A stretch of DNA of 64,000 nt from Marsupella aquatica (lineage: Eukaryota; Plantae; Marchantiophyta): contig OZ316898.1 of assembly GCA_973895155.1 (NCBI GenBank), positions 11,741,187 through 11,805,186 of the forward strand, in the 5' to 3' direction. The notes beneath the pieces were generated by a model. The model made no database searches. It was not told where the DNA came from and saw only the letters and a program-made list of their open reading frames with translations. The position numbers and the translations under genes were made by a program. Every line of letters begins with the position of its first letter. Within the stretch, counting starts at the first letter, position 1. Below, in pieces: positions 23,795 through 36,375 of the stretch.

Positions 23795-24710
23795 TTGCAA
23801 GTCCAGTGAGGGCGACAATAGGTCTGGCGCGGCAAGTCCAGGCAAGGATTCAGCCCTTGTTCGCTTGTCGTCAGTTGTCAGTCCGCAGGAAGGGCATGGC
23901 ACAGCGAGGGCAGGGCGCAGCAAGGGCAGTCCGCAGCGTGGGGCAGGGTAGTTGATCGCAGACAGGTCCAGGTGCGAGGCGCAAGGCAAGTCCCACCTCG
24001 CAAGTCGGGCCAAAGGGAGTGGCAAGGCGAGGGGCCAGGGAGTGGCGCGAGGTGCGCGAGGGAGGGAGGGAGCAGGAGTGAGGGAGGGAGGGAGGGAGGG
24101 AGGGAGGGAGCCAGAGGGAGGCGAGGGAGTGGCGCGAGGGAGCCGGTGTGGAGGTGAGGGAGGGAGTGGCAGGAGGGAGGGAGCTGGAGGGAGGCGAGGC
24201 GCCACTCGCGAGGCCGAGGAGTGCGGGTCAGAGTCGTCATCAGCAGCCAAGCCTGAGTTGGGAGCACAACATAGGTTTGGTCCAGGCATCTTGAGAGTTG
24301 GCTGTTGCAAGTCCAGTGAGGGCGACAATAGGTCTGGCGCGGCAAGTCCAGGCAAGGATTCAGCCCTTGTCCGCTTGTCGTTAGTTGTCGGTCCGTAGGG
24401 AGGGCATGGCGCAGCGAGGGCAGGGTGCAGCAAGGGCAGTCCGCAGCGTGGGGCAGGGCAGTTGGTTGCAGGCAGGTCCAGGCGCGAGGCGCAAGGCAAG
24501 TCCCACCTCGCGAGTTGGGCCAAAGGGAGTGGCAAGGCGAGGGGCCAGGGAGTGGCGCGAGGTGCGCAAGGGAGTGGCGCGAGGTGCGCAAGGGAGTGGC
24601 ACGAGGGAGCCGGAGGGAGCCGGAGTGGAGGAAAGGGAGGGAGTGGCGCGAGGGAGGGAGCTGGAGGGAGGCGAGGCGCCACTCGCGAGGCCGAGGGGTG
24701 CGGGTCAGAG
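23795..24710. repeat. ~510-bp GC-rich tandem duplication with GGGA/GGGAGTGGCGCGA microrepeats (Helitron 5' region)
   Basis: The block starting TTGCAAGTCCAGTGAGGGCGACAATAGG occurs at ~23795 and ~24305. Confidence 0.85.
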
Positions 24711-25860
24711 TTTAGGGTTGCGAGTCGGGGGTGTGGCCGAGCGAGGGAGAGTGGGAGGGCGGAGGGGAGTTGCAAGCAGGAGGGGGTCGGGGTGTTGTGG
24801 CAAGGGAGGGACGGCCTCACGGCTAGGGAGGGAGGGCGGGTGTCGCGGCGAGGGAGGGCCTCGCGCCTGGGGAGGAAGAGAGGCGGGGACACGGGGAGGG
24901 CTGCAGCGGCGGCGTCAGGTCGTCGCAGCAGGGAGACAGGGAGGGACGGAGAGAGGCGGGGAGATAGGGAGAGAGGTGGGAGGCGGGGAGACTCGGGCAC
25001 AGTGCGGCGACGGTATGGGCCGCTGCTAATGCAGGGTGGTCACTGCCGCCGCTGCGGATGCAGGGTGGTCGTGGAGGAATTTAGACGGCGCGCTATTGGC
25101 CGCGGCACATTTTATCCCTTATTGCTTACGCATTTTACGTTTTCAATTCTTTTACACCCTAAATGGCCCTGTTAATTTAAACGACGATCACGGCAAAAAA
25201 TGGCGCAACCTTGTATTATAGTTTAGTATTTTACTTAAAAACATTCCTGACCGTCAGATGTCCCTAGTTTTAGTGATGGCTGTTAGATCTGGCTAATGGG
25301 GCCTGTGATTAGGTGGGACACTGGAAAATGAGAGAAAACTACTAGCAAATTTTTGCCAAAAGTGGCTAAAGCTTTTTGGGGAGGTGGAATTTGGCAAATA
25401 TTTGCTACTAAAAAAAATGCTGATATGCATTTCACTTTCAGTTTTTTCCTTATTAGTTTTGTCTTGATCTAGAGTTATGGTCTAGAGGCTTCACTCCAGA
25501 AGTCTAGACCCCAATAAGGCTTATTTTCACTATCAATTATATGGATTTTGTCTGTAGCTCAAGGCACACTTTTGGTGTGCTTTGAACCTTGGATTTCTAA
25601 AGATTTCCCTGGTTAGTGGGGGCATCCACCTCATTGCCTATGGCCACAGCAAAGAGTCACAAGGTGAAAACTGCCATGGATCTGGACACAACCATGTTGT
25701 AACAATCCTTAATGTTTTGCATTGGTGTACTATGGACCATTTATGGCCCCCTATAAGACTCCTCCTGTTAGGTAACAAGCAACAAATATAGGATGCGTAA
25801 TGGTAATCAAGGATAATTGGATAATTATGATGCAAAATGAACAAGGCATAAACCACAACC

Positions 25861-26188
25861 CTCGGGGGGGTCACTTCCACGGAAGTGACACATCACGTGC
25901 GACGAAGTATAGGCCCATTTAAATGGGTGTGGCGGAAGACTTCCAAAGTTTGGTGGAAGAACACATAGGGCATGTTTTATTGATTGGTCGACTTTAAAGA
26001 ACACATAGGCCTATTTAATTGCAAAAAATACTTTCTATAAAGTTTTTAGGGGTTTTTTAATAAAAAATGACAAAATTTTAAGAAAGAAAGGGCTTTGCAA
26101 AAAAATATTTTTCACTTTAAAGTTAGGGGGGTCAAACCCTAAAACGTCGCACACGATGTATGACCCTCCATATAGTGACCCCCCCGAG
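25861..26188 (+). mobile_element. 328-bp MITE of the CTCGGGGG-TIR (P-like) family
   Basis: CTCGGGGGGGTCAC...GTGACCCCCCCGAG with 8-bp TSD CCACAACC. The left and right parts resemble the two ends of 36376-40906. Confidence 0.95.
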
Positions 26189-26591
26189 CCACAACCACAG
26201 TTACAAAAGACGTCTTTGTACAATGTATGTTATTCTACTCTGGTCATGCTTTCGTACAGGGAACAAAATGGCCAGCAGGAGGACATAATTGGGTGGACCA
26301 ATAATGAAGTTTCTTATTTTCAAACTATTCAATATTCATTTTCCTAATAAAAACCCAGAGTGTAGCGATGTTTTACTCCAAAATTGTACTTGGAAGTGGG
26401 CCTAATATTGACATAGGAAATGCATAGGAAAGAAAGTCAGATTCACACAAAGAAAGTAATCCAAAAATTAAGGGAGCACTGGGTGCCCGACTGGGTGTCC
26501 TTTGAGTGAGGAAAAGCTTTTTGAATGAGCACTTCAGGTAACCTGGAGCCCTCAGGAGGCGTGGTTTAAGAGAGTGGCATGGGCAGAATGT

Positions 26592-26795
26592 CTCATGGTT
26601 ATCTCATTTGACTGAACACTAAACCAATTAATGTCTCTCAAGAAGAGGGATATCAAAAAATGTTCTTGAACTTGAAAGGTAGTGTAGTAAAGCTTCATGG
26701 TTGTCTCACTTGACTAAACACCTAACCAATAAATGTCTCTCAAGAAGAGGGATATCAAAAAATGTTCTTGAACTTGAAAGATAGTGTAGTAAAGC
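26592..26795. repeat. ~103-bp direct tandem duplication
   Basis: TCATGGTT...AATGTCTCTCAAGAAGAGG(G)ATATCAAAAAATGTTCTTGAACTTGAAAG(G/A)TAGTGTAGTAAAGC occurs twice. Confidence 0.85.
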
Positions 26796-27183
26796 CTGTT
26801 TTTCAACACAAACTTTATGGACCAATAAAAAAGGCAATAAGACAACTGACCCACACGAGAGACAGAAGTGACTCAAGGATCAACCAACAACAAGACTTAT
26901 CAGTTGATCGAGAGAGTAAAAGGAACCTGGACATGCCCAGAGTTCCCTTCAGCCTGCCTATGTCCAAAACAGAAACAAAAGTGTCAATATTATGCTACAT
27001 CTTGAAACAGCTTCAAAAATTCTACTACATTTTAAAATCCACACCACTGTACTGGTTTGAACTAATAAGGGTAGTGCAATAAAGCTTGTGTTCAACTGAT
27101 TTGGACAAAATTGTGCATCAAGGCAAAATTGTTTTGTCCATATCATTACATCTTCGTGTAAGCTTCTAGGTGACATCTCCTAA

Positions 27184-27567
27184 GGGCCGTTTTGCGTGTA
27201 CATCGGCCCTCAAGAATGCGGCCTTTCACAAAGCGAAACTTACACAGAATCAGGGATTTGGTTTAACAACTCGATCCTCCCCTGTGTTACTTGTTGGATG
27301 TGCTGAGGGGCTTGTGTCCACCTCTGTTGTTATGTGCCGCTTAGTTTACCGGGAGCAATAGAGGGAAAAGCAAATGCCATTGTTGTATGTGCAGATCAAA
27401 GGTCGGGACTGTGAAGGGCCGCAAGGTTTGCGTGCCTTGCCCTTCCAAGTCCTAGTTTAGTGCCGTCAAGACTGCCTCTTTCAGGGGGCAGTTTTGTTCA
27501 CTCAGGGGCTGCCACCGTTTGTCTGAAAGGCCGTTTTTTGAAGGACCGTCTACATGCAAGACGGCCC
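27184..27567. mobile_element. PIF/Harbinger (Tourist-like) MITE, 384 bp
   Basis: ~45-bp imperfect TIRs (GGGCCGTTTTGCGTGTAC...GCGGCCTTTCA / TGAAAGGCCG...TACATGCAAGACGGCCC) flanked by a TAA TSD. Confidence 0.85.
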
Positions 27568-28062
27568 TAAGGCTCATGACACAGACGAACTCAATCACCC
27601 CGATGTAAGTTTGTAAGTTCTCACCCTAGTCACCCCTCTCCCTGTCAAGTGGATCATCTTATGATGTAAGGTACCACAAGAACGTCCTCCTTTACAGAGG
27701 ACTCAAGCTCCATCACGAGGAAACTCATGAGCCTGACAATGTAAACTGTAGTGTCAACTACCAAGGGACATAGCATGACACTCATAACTTGCATGTCAAC
27801 CATCCCAATGGCCTGTAAGTCCCCCTCGCCTTACCCACACTCGGCATGTCAAGTGGCTCATCTAAATGATGTGAGGTCCCAAATCACATTACATAGTACA
27901 TTTTACACTGTCAGCCTCGTGCTTTGTCATTACTACTGTAAGTGTAACGTGATTTGGGTACAGTAGATGAAGTTCTCCTCTTCGCTCGTCCGCACTTCAG
28001 ACCTCTCGTTTGCGAAGAAGCTCGGCTTTTGCTCGTCGCAATTGCTTTCAGGGATTTCAGCT

Positions 28063-29451
28063 ATGGCGGCAGCGTCTATGAGGTGTGCGGTGGGCGCATT
28101 TGTGGTACCTTCGGCATCCATCAGGTGCAACAGCAGCAGCTGTTGTTCCACGGCTTCCTGCTCGTCGTCCGCGCCTAGGCCTCAACGACTTGTGTCCTTC
28201 CCGTCCTCCACCTCCTCCTCGCCTGCTCTTTCATCTCCCATCGTCCGTCCGGCTGCTCACACCTCCCTCTGCTGCCAGGTAGGTGTTCGTGCTGTATGGC
28301 TCGGTCGGTTATCATCGTTGTTAGATCATGGGTACAATTCCATTCGTGATTCATTCGTGATTCATTTTGCAGGCGTCGTCGGGAGATGTACCGGCAGCAA
28401 CAGAAAAGGCCAAGAGCATCCTCTGCTCGAACTGTGAAGGAAATGGTGCGTCCTCATTGTCTCTCAGGCGCGGGTTGTGGAAATGTTTGAGCTTGGAGTG
28501 TGGATTTTCTTGACTATCACGCCGTTTTGCAGTTGATGGCTTTGTAAATTGGTGATTCCGTTTTGATGCCGAGGCTTAGGGTTTTGTCTTGAACTGCCCC
28601 AGTGGGAGTTGTGGATTTGATTGATTAACAAATTCTCTGTGGACACAGGTGCTGTTGTTTGCTCACAATGTAAGGGCGAGGGTTTGAACGCCCAAGACTA
28701 TTTCGGAGGTCGCTACAAGGCTGGAACTATCTGCTGGCTTTGCAGGTACGTGCTCTCTGTACTCGTCAGTTAGATGCGGTACTCTTTTCATTGTATCTAT
28801 CCTTGCCCGTTAGATTTTAGCCTATCATTTCCAACTGTGTTAGGAAATTCATGGGCATCCTGCATGCCGAATTAGTGGCAATATTGAGGCCTCATTAAGA
28901 AAGCATTTTCCAACATTAGAAATCTTTCGATGGGCTAAACCATTTGCATTTTAGGATCGTCATATTGGAAAAGAAAAATCGCCAACCCCTCGGTTAGATG
29001 AACGAATAGCTCTCATTTTTCGCTAGATTTCTGGTCCTCTGGATTACGTATTTAGATATCAAAATTCTCAGTTTTCTACAAGTTGGCAGGATTGTACTTT
29101 CGAGAAAGTGTCCAACGTGAAATTGGCGTGAGACACTTCTTCACTAGCTTGTAATCTGAAAGACCTCTTGTATAGTTTCTCTACATTTAATGAAAATGAG
29201 GAAACGCTTCTCCATCTTAAGTTGATAAACCTCTCCGCTTACATACCTATCTCCTGGATAAGATGTGACTTCTGGGTCTCCCAACACATCCTCGCGAATG
29301 AGCTTCTGCTCGTCCACTGTATTCCAGCTTGTTGTATATTGGGAAGGCCGTTGACCTGGAACCTGTGTGTAGGGGTAAGAAGCAGATGCTGTGTGGAAAC
29401 TGCAATGGAGCTGGATTCATGGGAGGGTTCCTTAATACCCAAGATGATTGA
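28063..29451 (+). CDS. BSD2: BUNDLE SHEATH DEFECTIVE 2, plastid DnaJ-type zinc-finger Rubisco assembly chaperone
   Basis: Exons ~28063-28278, 28373-28445, 28649-28745 and 29373-29451 (GT-AG). A Ser-rich transit peptide is followed by SILCSNCEGNGAVVCSQCKGEGLN..DYFGGRYKAGTICWLCRGKKQMLCGNCNGAGFMGGFLNTQDD*. An upstream in-frame ATG at 27967 is a possible alternative start. Confidence 0.93.
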
Positions 29452-31064
29452 CAAGCCTTTGACGAAGGACGTGTTGTGGAAACTGCAACGGGACTCATGA
29501 GAAGATTATAAACACCTTAGACGAGTGATCAGCATCTATGGTTTTATGTACTTTAATTTTAGCTACAACTAGGACCTTCTTGATTGTCACATATTGGACG
29601 TTAGTAGTTTGGTATCTTACGGTATTTCAAAGAAAGTCTACTGCGGCAGGGAATGATGTCCTCATACCAGTTTCAGCTGCTTGAGGACTCGTGCTAGTTG
29701 TATCTCATTCTAATTTACATGGAAGATAAGGAGAAAGATCTCAAAGGAAATTCCTTGATGATAGCTCTCAGGCGTGTGACTATCTGCATTATGTAGATGA
29801 CCCTCCGTGTGGATGTGGAAGCAGAATTTTCACCAAATGCTAGTGCATGGTTGTGAATTGGTGAACTAAGTGCAAGTTTAGCAGAAACTATAAGATGGAT
29901 GGTTTTTCTTAGGGGCTGGATGATTCTTACGTTTCAACTGAAAGTGTTCATAACAGTGCATCTGTTAAGGGAGGGGATGTTTCATTTGGAAAGTTCCAGC
30001 TGGTGGTAGTTTCCTTGGCTCTTACCAAATTGATGAACACTTTGCTCACAGTAATTTAAGTTCCGAAATTCTTACAAGACTGTCCCGCAGTTTCTGCTCA
30101 ACTTTGTCGAACTTTTGGTTGATGAAGTGAGATCTGAGAGACCAACCTATTGTCACAAGTTCCCCGTCTCCCACCAAGATGTCGAAAGTGGAGCTCTCCA
30201 TAAATGTTGTGCTAGGATCCGAGGTCACAGTCCAGTAGCACACATTAAGCAGCGTCGAAATTAGATCAGATTGCCTAAGAATCTTTGATGGTATTGCGAA
30301 AACACGGATTAGAGAGGCGGCTTTACTTCCGAAAGGAACACTGCGGATGAGGCTACTATGTGTTGCATGAAAACTAGAACTATGGCACATTATCATCAGG
30401 AAAAAAATGAAAGATGCAAAAGGATTGTCTGATCCTGAGAGGACAAGAAGGTGCAGAAAGATAGTGGGTAAATAGAACACCGGCACATAGAATATCCTCA
30501 GGAAAGAAATCCAAAGATGGAAAAGGACTGGCTAACCTTGAGGGCAAGAAGGTGCAGAAAGATATTTGGGTGGTTGAGTGGAGCTAGAGTTCCGATTAGC
30601 CTCTCTCGCGTTGTTGATTACTTTTAATTTTATAAGATTGGATTTCCAGGACAAAAGAAATACTGTAGTAGAAAGATATACTGCAACATACATAAATGAT
30701 GTACGAAAAAATAGGCAATGAGGATTACAGCGTCATGCTTTGAGAAAATTAGGAGTGACGACCATAGTGGAGGCTAGTCATTTGCACGGATCCCATGTTT
30801 AGCTGTGTTAACTTGTCGTGGGGTTTTCATTATGACAGACCGTATATTTTTGTTTGTGACGTGGACATTCCATGATGAGTTACTTTATGTAAAGCCAGTA
30901 AAGCTTAACAGAGCCTCGTCGTAAGTCGCCGAGTGAGTGTACACCGTAAGGGTGTTTTGGTAATCTGTAAGAATAGGACATTACTAGTACAAAGCGTGCC
31001 AATGTACATAATTATGAGAAGTCTGGTAAACCAGAAAAACTAGGAAAGGAGCCAAGAGCAAAAC

Positions 31065-34000
31065 CTAAGCCGCTGCAACTTCCTTTTTTAGTCCATACTT
31101 GTCCAGGAGACCGAGTTTCTCCAAAATCATGTCATCAGTGGAGAAGTCAGCGGCCTTTCTAAAGGTACCCTTTCCGAAGTCCAGGCTGTAGGAGTCAGTA
31201 AGGCCCTCCAAGAGTCCGTATGTGGGTCTCCACCCGAAATCCTTTTCCGCTTTTTCAATTGACGTGAAGAAATGCTGCACGAGGAAAGTAAAGCTACTGT
31301 CACAAATTGTGCACGGGGAACTTCTTTCAACAGCACTTACGGTACGCATGCCTCACATCTAAGAAGCATCTGAGACCCTCATACCATAGTGTTGTCCGTT
31401 CATTTTCTGCCAGATAAGCAAAACGAAGAAACATACGCGGCGAAACTAAGCATGAATTGAAGAATGGTTGCCACAATTGAAGAGAGAAAGTAAGTCAAGC
31501 AAAGCATTGTACCTGATCACGGAGGGGAAAGGCCTTTTTCTTTCCGAAGTCGAAGTCCTTAGGATTGAAATGGATGAGATCAGGTTCTGGGAATCCACCA
31601 GCCTGGACAGAAGGCAATCAACAAACCATCGATTTTAGCATTACTGCCAGTAATAACAAGTATCAGGCGAGAGGGCAAAAACAGGATACAGCTTTCCAGT
31701 CTCCAGCCTTACTTAACCATAGCACTAGAGTACGCATGAAAACTTGGCTCACGACAGTGGTTCTGGCTTGGCACCTTTGCGGCAGCCTTGGCAATGCCAT
31801 CAAAAGTAACGTATCTTTCCCCACTAATATTGTAGACTTGGCCGTAGGTCTTCTCATTTGCAAGAACTGCCACAAATGCAGTGGCTAAATCCTGCAAAAG
31901 CAGTAAAATCAAGGATGAGTTCCCGGGACGCAAAAGACGCATTCCGCAACTTTTCTGTTTCTACAAACGATCTCCAAATTTTGTGTTTGCAAGGGCATAA
32001 ATGAAAGAAGCAATTCCGAAAGTGCTCAATATACCTTCACATGACCAAGTTGAGTAACTTGAAGTCCTGAGTTTGGGACCGGAATAGGTCTGCCTGCAGC
32101 AAGGCGGTGGAAAAACCACTCCTCAACAGGGTTGTAGTTCAAAGGCCCATATATGTAAACCGGTCTGATTGATGTCCATGCTACACCCTTACTGTCCAAG
32201 AGAGATTCTGTGTCCAATTTCCCCTTGTGTCTGCTCTTTGGGTCACCTTCGTCGATCTACATGAAATTATCTACGAATCAATTCGCCACAAGGAAAGAGA
32301 AACGGAACAACAAGTGACAAGCTTCTAAAACAAACATCAAAATCTGACTGTTGGACAGCTGTGAACGGGTACAAATAAGATAGTTGATAAGGGGCTCCTA
32401 AGAATAACATTTCTGTCGCAATCCTGCATACTTCGCTGGAAGGTGACGATTAATTTGTAAAGCGGACAATTCTGTGATCACTACGTTGATCGTTGCTCTT
32501 AGGCCTGAAATTACCTCACGGTGTGGAAGTAAGTCGGACTTCTTGTACACACCAGCTGATGAGCAGAAAATGTACCTGAAAAAAAACCAGGAAATCATGC
32601 TCAAATCAGGCCGTACAAAATTTATTTATTACCGCCGTCTATCCCGTCAACCAATATATCAGGCCTGACAGATACCATACATTCATTATTTTTTAAATTG
32701 TGTGTTTGTAGACAACACCTGGTTCAAAAAGTCATCAACGAGTCCTAGCAAGGATGTTGCTTACTGCTTGAGATTTGGTAAGCTTTCCAGGATTGGCTCT
32801 ATCTCGCTTGCTTCTCTACCTGCGAATCCATCAGATTGAGCTGACATCAATAACTGGAGAATGATCATCAGAATAGCCATCCTAGTATTAAAGGTCAAGC
32901 CGAAAATTAGAGCGCGGAGTTGCTCGGTGAGGGAATGGTTTGCAACTGAGAGCAGGGACTTGGGCGGTGAGATCGTATATTGAGAGCACATTCTTTTTCT
33001 TTTGCTATACCATGGTTCCGAAGCAATATCAACCAACAATTCAGTCAACAAGCATTCTTCAAAGAAGTTCTTTTACTCACCAGATGAATCTAAAGCTACG
33101 AGTCTCACAAAGTACACTGCTTTCTGAAGGAGACCCGTGGCACAATCTCAAGTCAACTACTGTACGACGTAACATTTGCAATATCAAGGCGATGCAGGTA
33201 CTAACCATTGATGTCATACACGTGTGTAAAGGGCTTGCCAGCTAGAGTTTCCTTCAACGCTTCAAACTCCTGACGGTCAGCTTTGATGTGTTTCACCTAG
33301 ATGTCAAACCACAAGCACATTGCTACATTATGAGGAGAGGCTAAAGGAAAACGAGATCGTTCCGGTTATTAAAAAATAACAGCATTTCAACAGAGATACC
33401 TCTTAAACTACCTCAAGTTATCTCAATTATACTTTCATCCACAATCTCATGGCTGTTATTCGATTTAAGCTTTCAGAACAACTGATCATTGTAGGTATGA
33501 AAGGAAATCTGTAAACACTATGCCACCAACGTCCCATACCTGAGAGCTGTACGCAGCGTACTCTTCGTCGGACTCTCCTGGCAGCTGTTTGGTCACCGGA
33601 GACTTGCCCCTCGTCAACAGAGTAACCTACACCAAAATCCAAAATTTCAGATGCAGAAAGACATCCTATGTCACCACTGAACAGCCAATTGACAGTAACA
33701 TGCTTTACACCTTTCTTGAATTCTTCGAAACATAATTTTAAAATCCTCAATGCTGTACCGAGTAGCCGTCCTTGACGAGCAATCGAGCCAAGAACAGTCC
33801 GATGAAGCGTGTTCCCCCCAAAATCAAAATGTCTTTAACCTCCTCTTTGGAAGCAACAACGGCCAGAGTTCTACTTTTCTGGCTCTGTGGCCTAACAGTC
33901 CTCGCAGCTCCCACCCGGCGCACCTACAAGACGAATCCAAGCATAAGTAATCCATCATCTCCACAAGCTCTCGACCGAGCACAAAGCGGAACTTAACTGA

Positions 34001-34261
34001 CGCTGGATTTAGTCTCGCAGAGGGGCACTACATCAGCACACTCCGCACCTGAAGAGTCGTGGCGTTGCACAGGGATGATGATGAAGACGCTGCCGCCGGG
34101 GACGACAGGTCGATGCAATGCAGGCCGCTGAAATTCTTCGACAGGGATGGGACGGCAGCAGCTGCAGCAGTTGAGCTCCCTTGAGCACCAACAGCGAGGT
34201 CCCTCGGTGCAGTCCCAATGCACGGTGCGCAGTGCAGGGCTGTTGCCATTCCAAACGCCAT
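31065..34261 (-). CDS. CSP41B: Chloroplast stem-loop binding protein 41 kDa b (NAD-dependent epimerase fold)
   Basis: 10 exons: ~34261-34049, 33923-33759, 33626-33540, 33296-33206, 32819-32765, 32575-32515, 32256-32035, 31891-31774, 31602-31513 and 31274-31065. Peptides include ILILGGTRFIGLFLAR, YIFCSSAGVY, WTSIRPVYIYGPLNYNPVEEWFFHRL, QLGHVKDLATAF and FDFGKKKAFPLRDQHFF. Confidence 0.95.
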
Positions 34262-36375
34262 AGCTAGCTACCTGCAGCTCTGCTCTGCTCTACTTCCTTT
34301 GAAGATTTTGTGAGATCCCAGCACTGTGTAGTATGTTTGAATTGAGGTGAATGGAATGGATGGGAGAAAGAAAGAGAGAGGGAGGATGGGATTGATGGGG
34401 CCTTGGGCTCCCAGGCACAGAAAAGTGTTTCTCCATTGACCCAGCAGTGAGGAGGGGAGATGCCACCACCCACCAATTCGAGAGGCTGTCGTTTGGGTGG
34501 CTCTGATTCGCTATGGCTTCAATTCCAGAGCTGGACCCACAACAGCTGAGCTCCTCGGTCCCGCCGTGTTCTGTGGTGGATAAGAGTGGATTACTCGATT
34601 CTCCACAACAGTGGTGGGCAACTGTTCATCCCATGATTCCCAGGAATCTCTCAGACCAGGGCCAGAATCTAAATGTGTAGCCTAATAACCCCCAAGATCG
34701 CCACATGAAGTTTTTGTGTTGGACACATATTTTGCCTCGAAAGCATATGTTTGTACCTTCTCAAATTGCAAAGGGTGTAAAATAGTGGAATCCATACACC
34801 CTTTGATTGATTCCAAATGTGCCAAAGGGATGTACTTGCTTTGAAGTTAAGGAAGTACAAGGTACACACATCCCCTATCGCCGGCCAGTATAGAGTACTC
34901 TACATATAATACTTTATGGCACATAGCCCCAATTTGAGAAGTACCTTGGTATGAGATGTTTTCTTTTTGCTATTGCTATAGAGAAGTAGAATTATATATT
35001 TCGTTTTTTCATTCTGCTGGAGGGAAGAAAAGGGTGGGGGAGGGAGTGATCTGAGGGAGCAAGAGGAAAATGAGAGAAAGGGAAGACGGGGAAATGGAAA
35101 AACTCCTCCCTCTATTTAGCAAAGCGCAACCACACCTGGACCTGGTGATGCCCTGGCTGCCATTGCCCACCTTGCACTCGCCACCCTCCCCAACAACATC
35201 ACTTTGCAACATTGGCCAAAATCACAACAACTCCAGAACCACAACCACCCAACCAAAATGATAATACTTCAGCAACCACAACATGGCTGCACAAACAACA
35301 CTCCCAAGATGACAACACTTCATTATGTCCCCTACACTTCGTTGCCACACCTCAACACTTTTGTACAACGCAAGAGCTTTGTTGCACTCGGAGCTGCACT
35401 GCCAACAATATGGCCGCAAAGACAAATATGCAACGCACAGGCAATGGGCTATGGTGAAATGAAAAAGATGTATACATACATTAAACATCATAATAAACAA
35501 TCCTACCAATTATGAAGAGGTGCTGTAATAGCTCTGGTTAAAATAATAAGGAGCTTTCACCACTTTCACCCTACCGTTCTCTTAAAGTATGATCAATTAT
35601 CTTTGTTATGGTGTCACGTCTGCTGTTGTGCATATTATTTAAACCACAACTACCCCGATAAAGAACTATGGGTTACCCGCAACTCTCAATATATAATGCA
35701 CAGTTTCAGGAATGGGCTTGAGCTCCACAAAAGGTGGTGAATGCTTCACCTTTTATTGGCAAGTGGCACAAACACTTTAAACCACAACTGGCTACTGGTT
35801 ACCAGTAGCTCTCATTATAAAGTGCACAGCTTCAAGAATGGACTTGAGTTACACAAAAGGTGATGAGTGCATCACCTTTTATTGGCAAGTACTCCACTTT
35901 TCATGGAATAAGGTGTAGTGAGGGAGGGGATGGGGCTTTTATATTGGCAGGTTTAGTTTTGAATGCAACTATTTGTTCTTGGTTTCTCGTTGGGCTATAT
36001 GCAACCAATCATTAAATTCATATCTTCATGTGCTTTCGATGGACAGGATTAAAGAAAAGCAAGGTCAATATGTTTCGACCTGCCGACGACTGCCATCAGC
36101 TACAATGGTCGTTATTTCAAGTGCAATTCGAGCTACGAAGATGGCACGTACAACTTTGAAGTAGACATTGTAGGTGTTTAATTACTTGGAACAGCTAATT
36201 GAATGGAAGTTAAGACATAGGCCCCAAAACCCCTGTCAAGATGAGGTGAACTAGTCAAGATTGCTGGAACAAAAACTCCAGAATTTTATCCTTGCTCCTT
36301 CTCTAGGGTGTCTTCTGTTCTTGTAATAGGGATCTATGAAACAGAGCACGGAGGTTCCTCCTCTCTTGAACTTGG

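Larger units (their letters stand above)
9719..25228 (-). mobile_element. Helitron (autonomous-type, decayed) with nested insertions
   Basis: The minus-strand 3' end is GTGCAACGCACGGGTATTGAG-CTAG followed by T (hairpin + CTAG; CTAG at 9719-9722). A Rep-helicase coding region lies inside. The 5' end is tentatively A|TACTAAACTATAATACAAGG near 25228, which lacks the canonical TC, so that boundary is uncertain. Confidence 0.8.

Noticed and set aside
23714-25175. Pro-rich and Gly/Arg-rich ORFs up to 428 aa
   Set aside because: GC-rich low-complexity duplication that is open in several frames on both strands; one ORF runs into the LTR.
25320-25410. Inverted similarity to ~63318-63400 (GGAGGTGGAATTTGGCAA)
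   Set aside because: A short match, most simply two copies of a dispersed repeat; no boundaries or TSD were identified.
30046-30486. 146-aa minus-strand ORF between BSD2 and CSP41b
   Set aside because: No recognisable motifs or splice structure.
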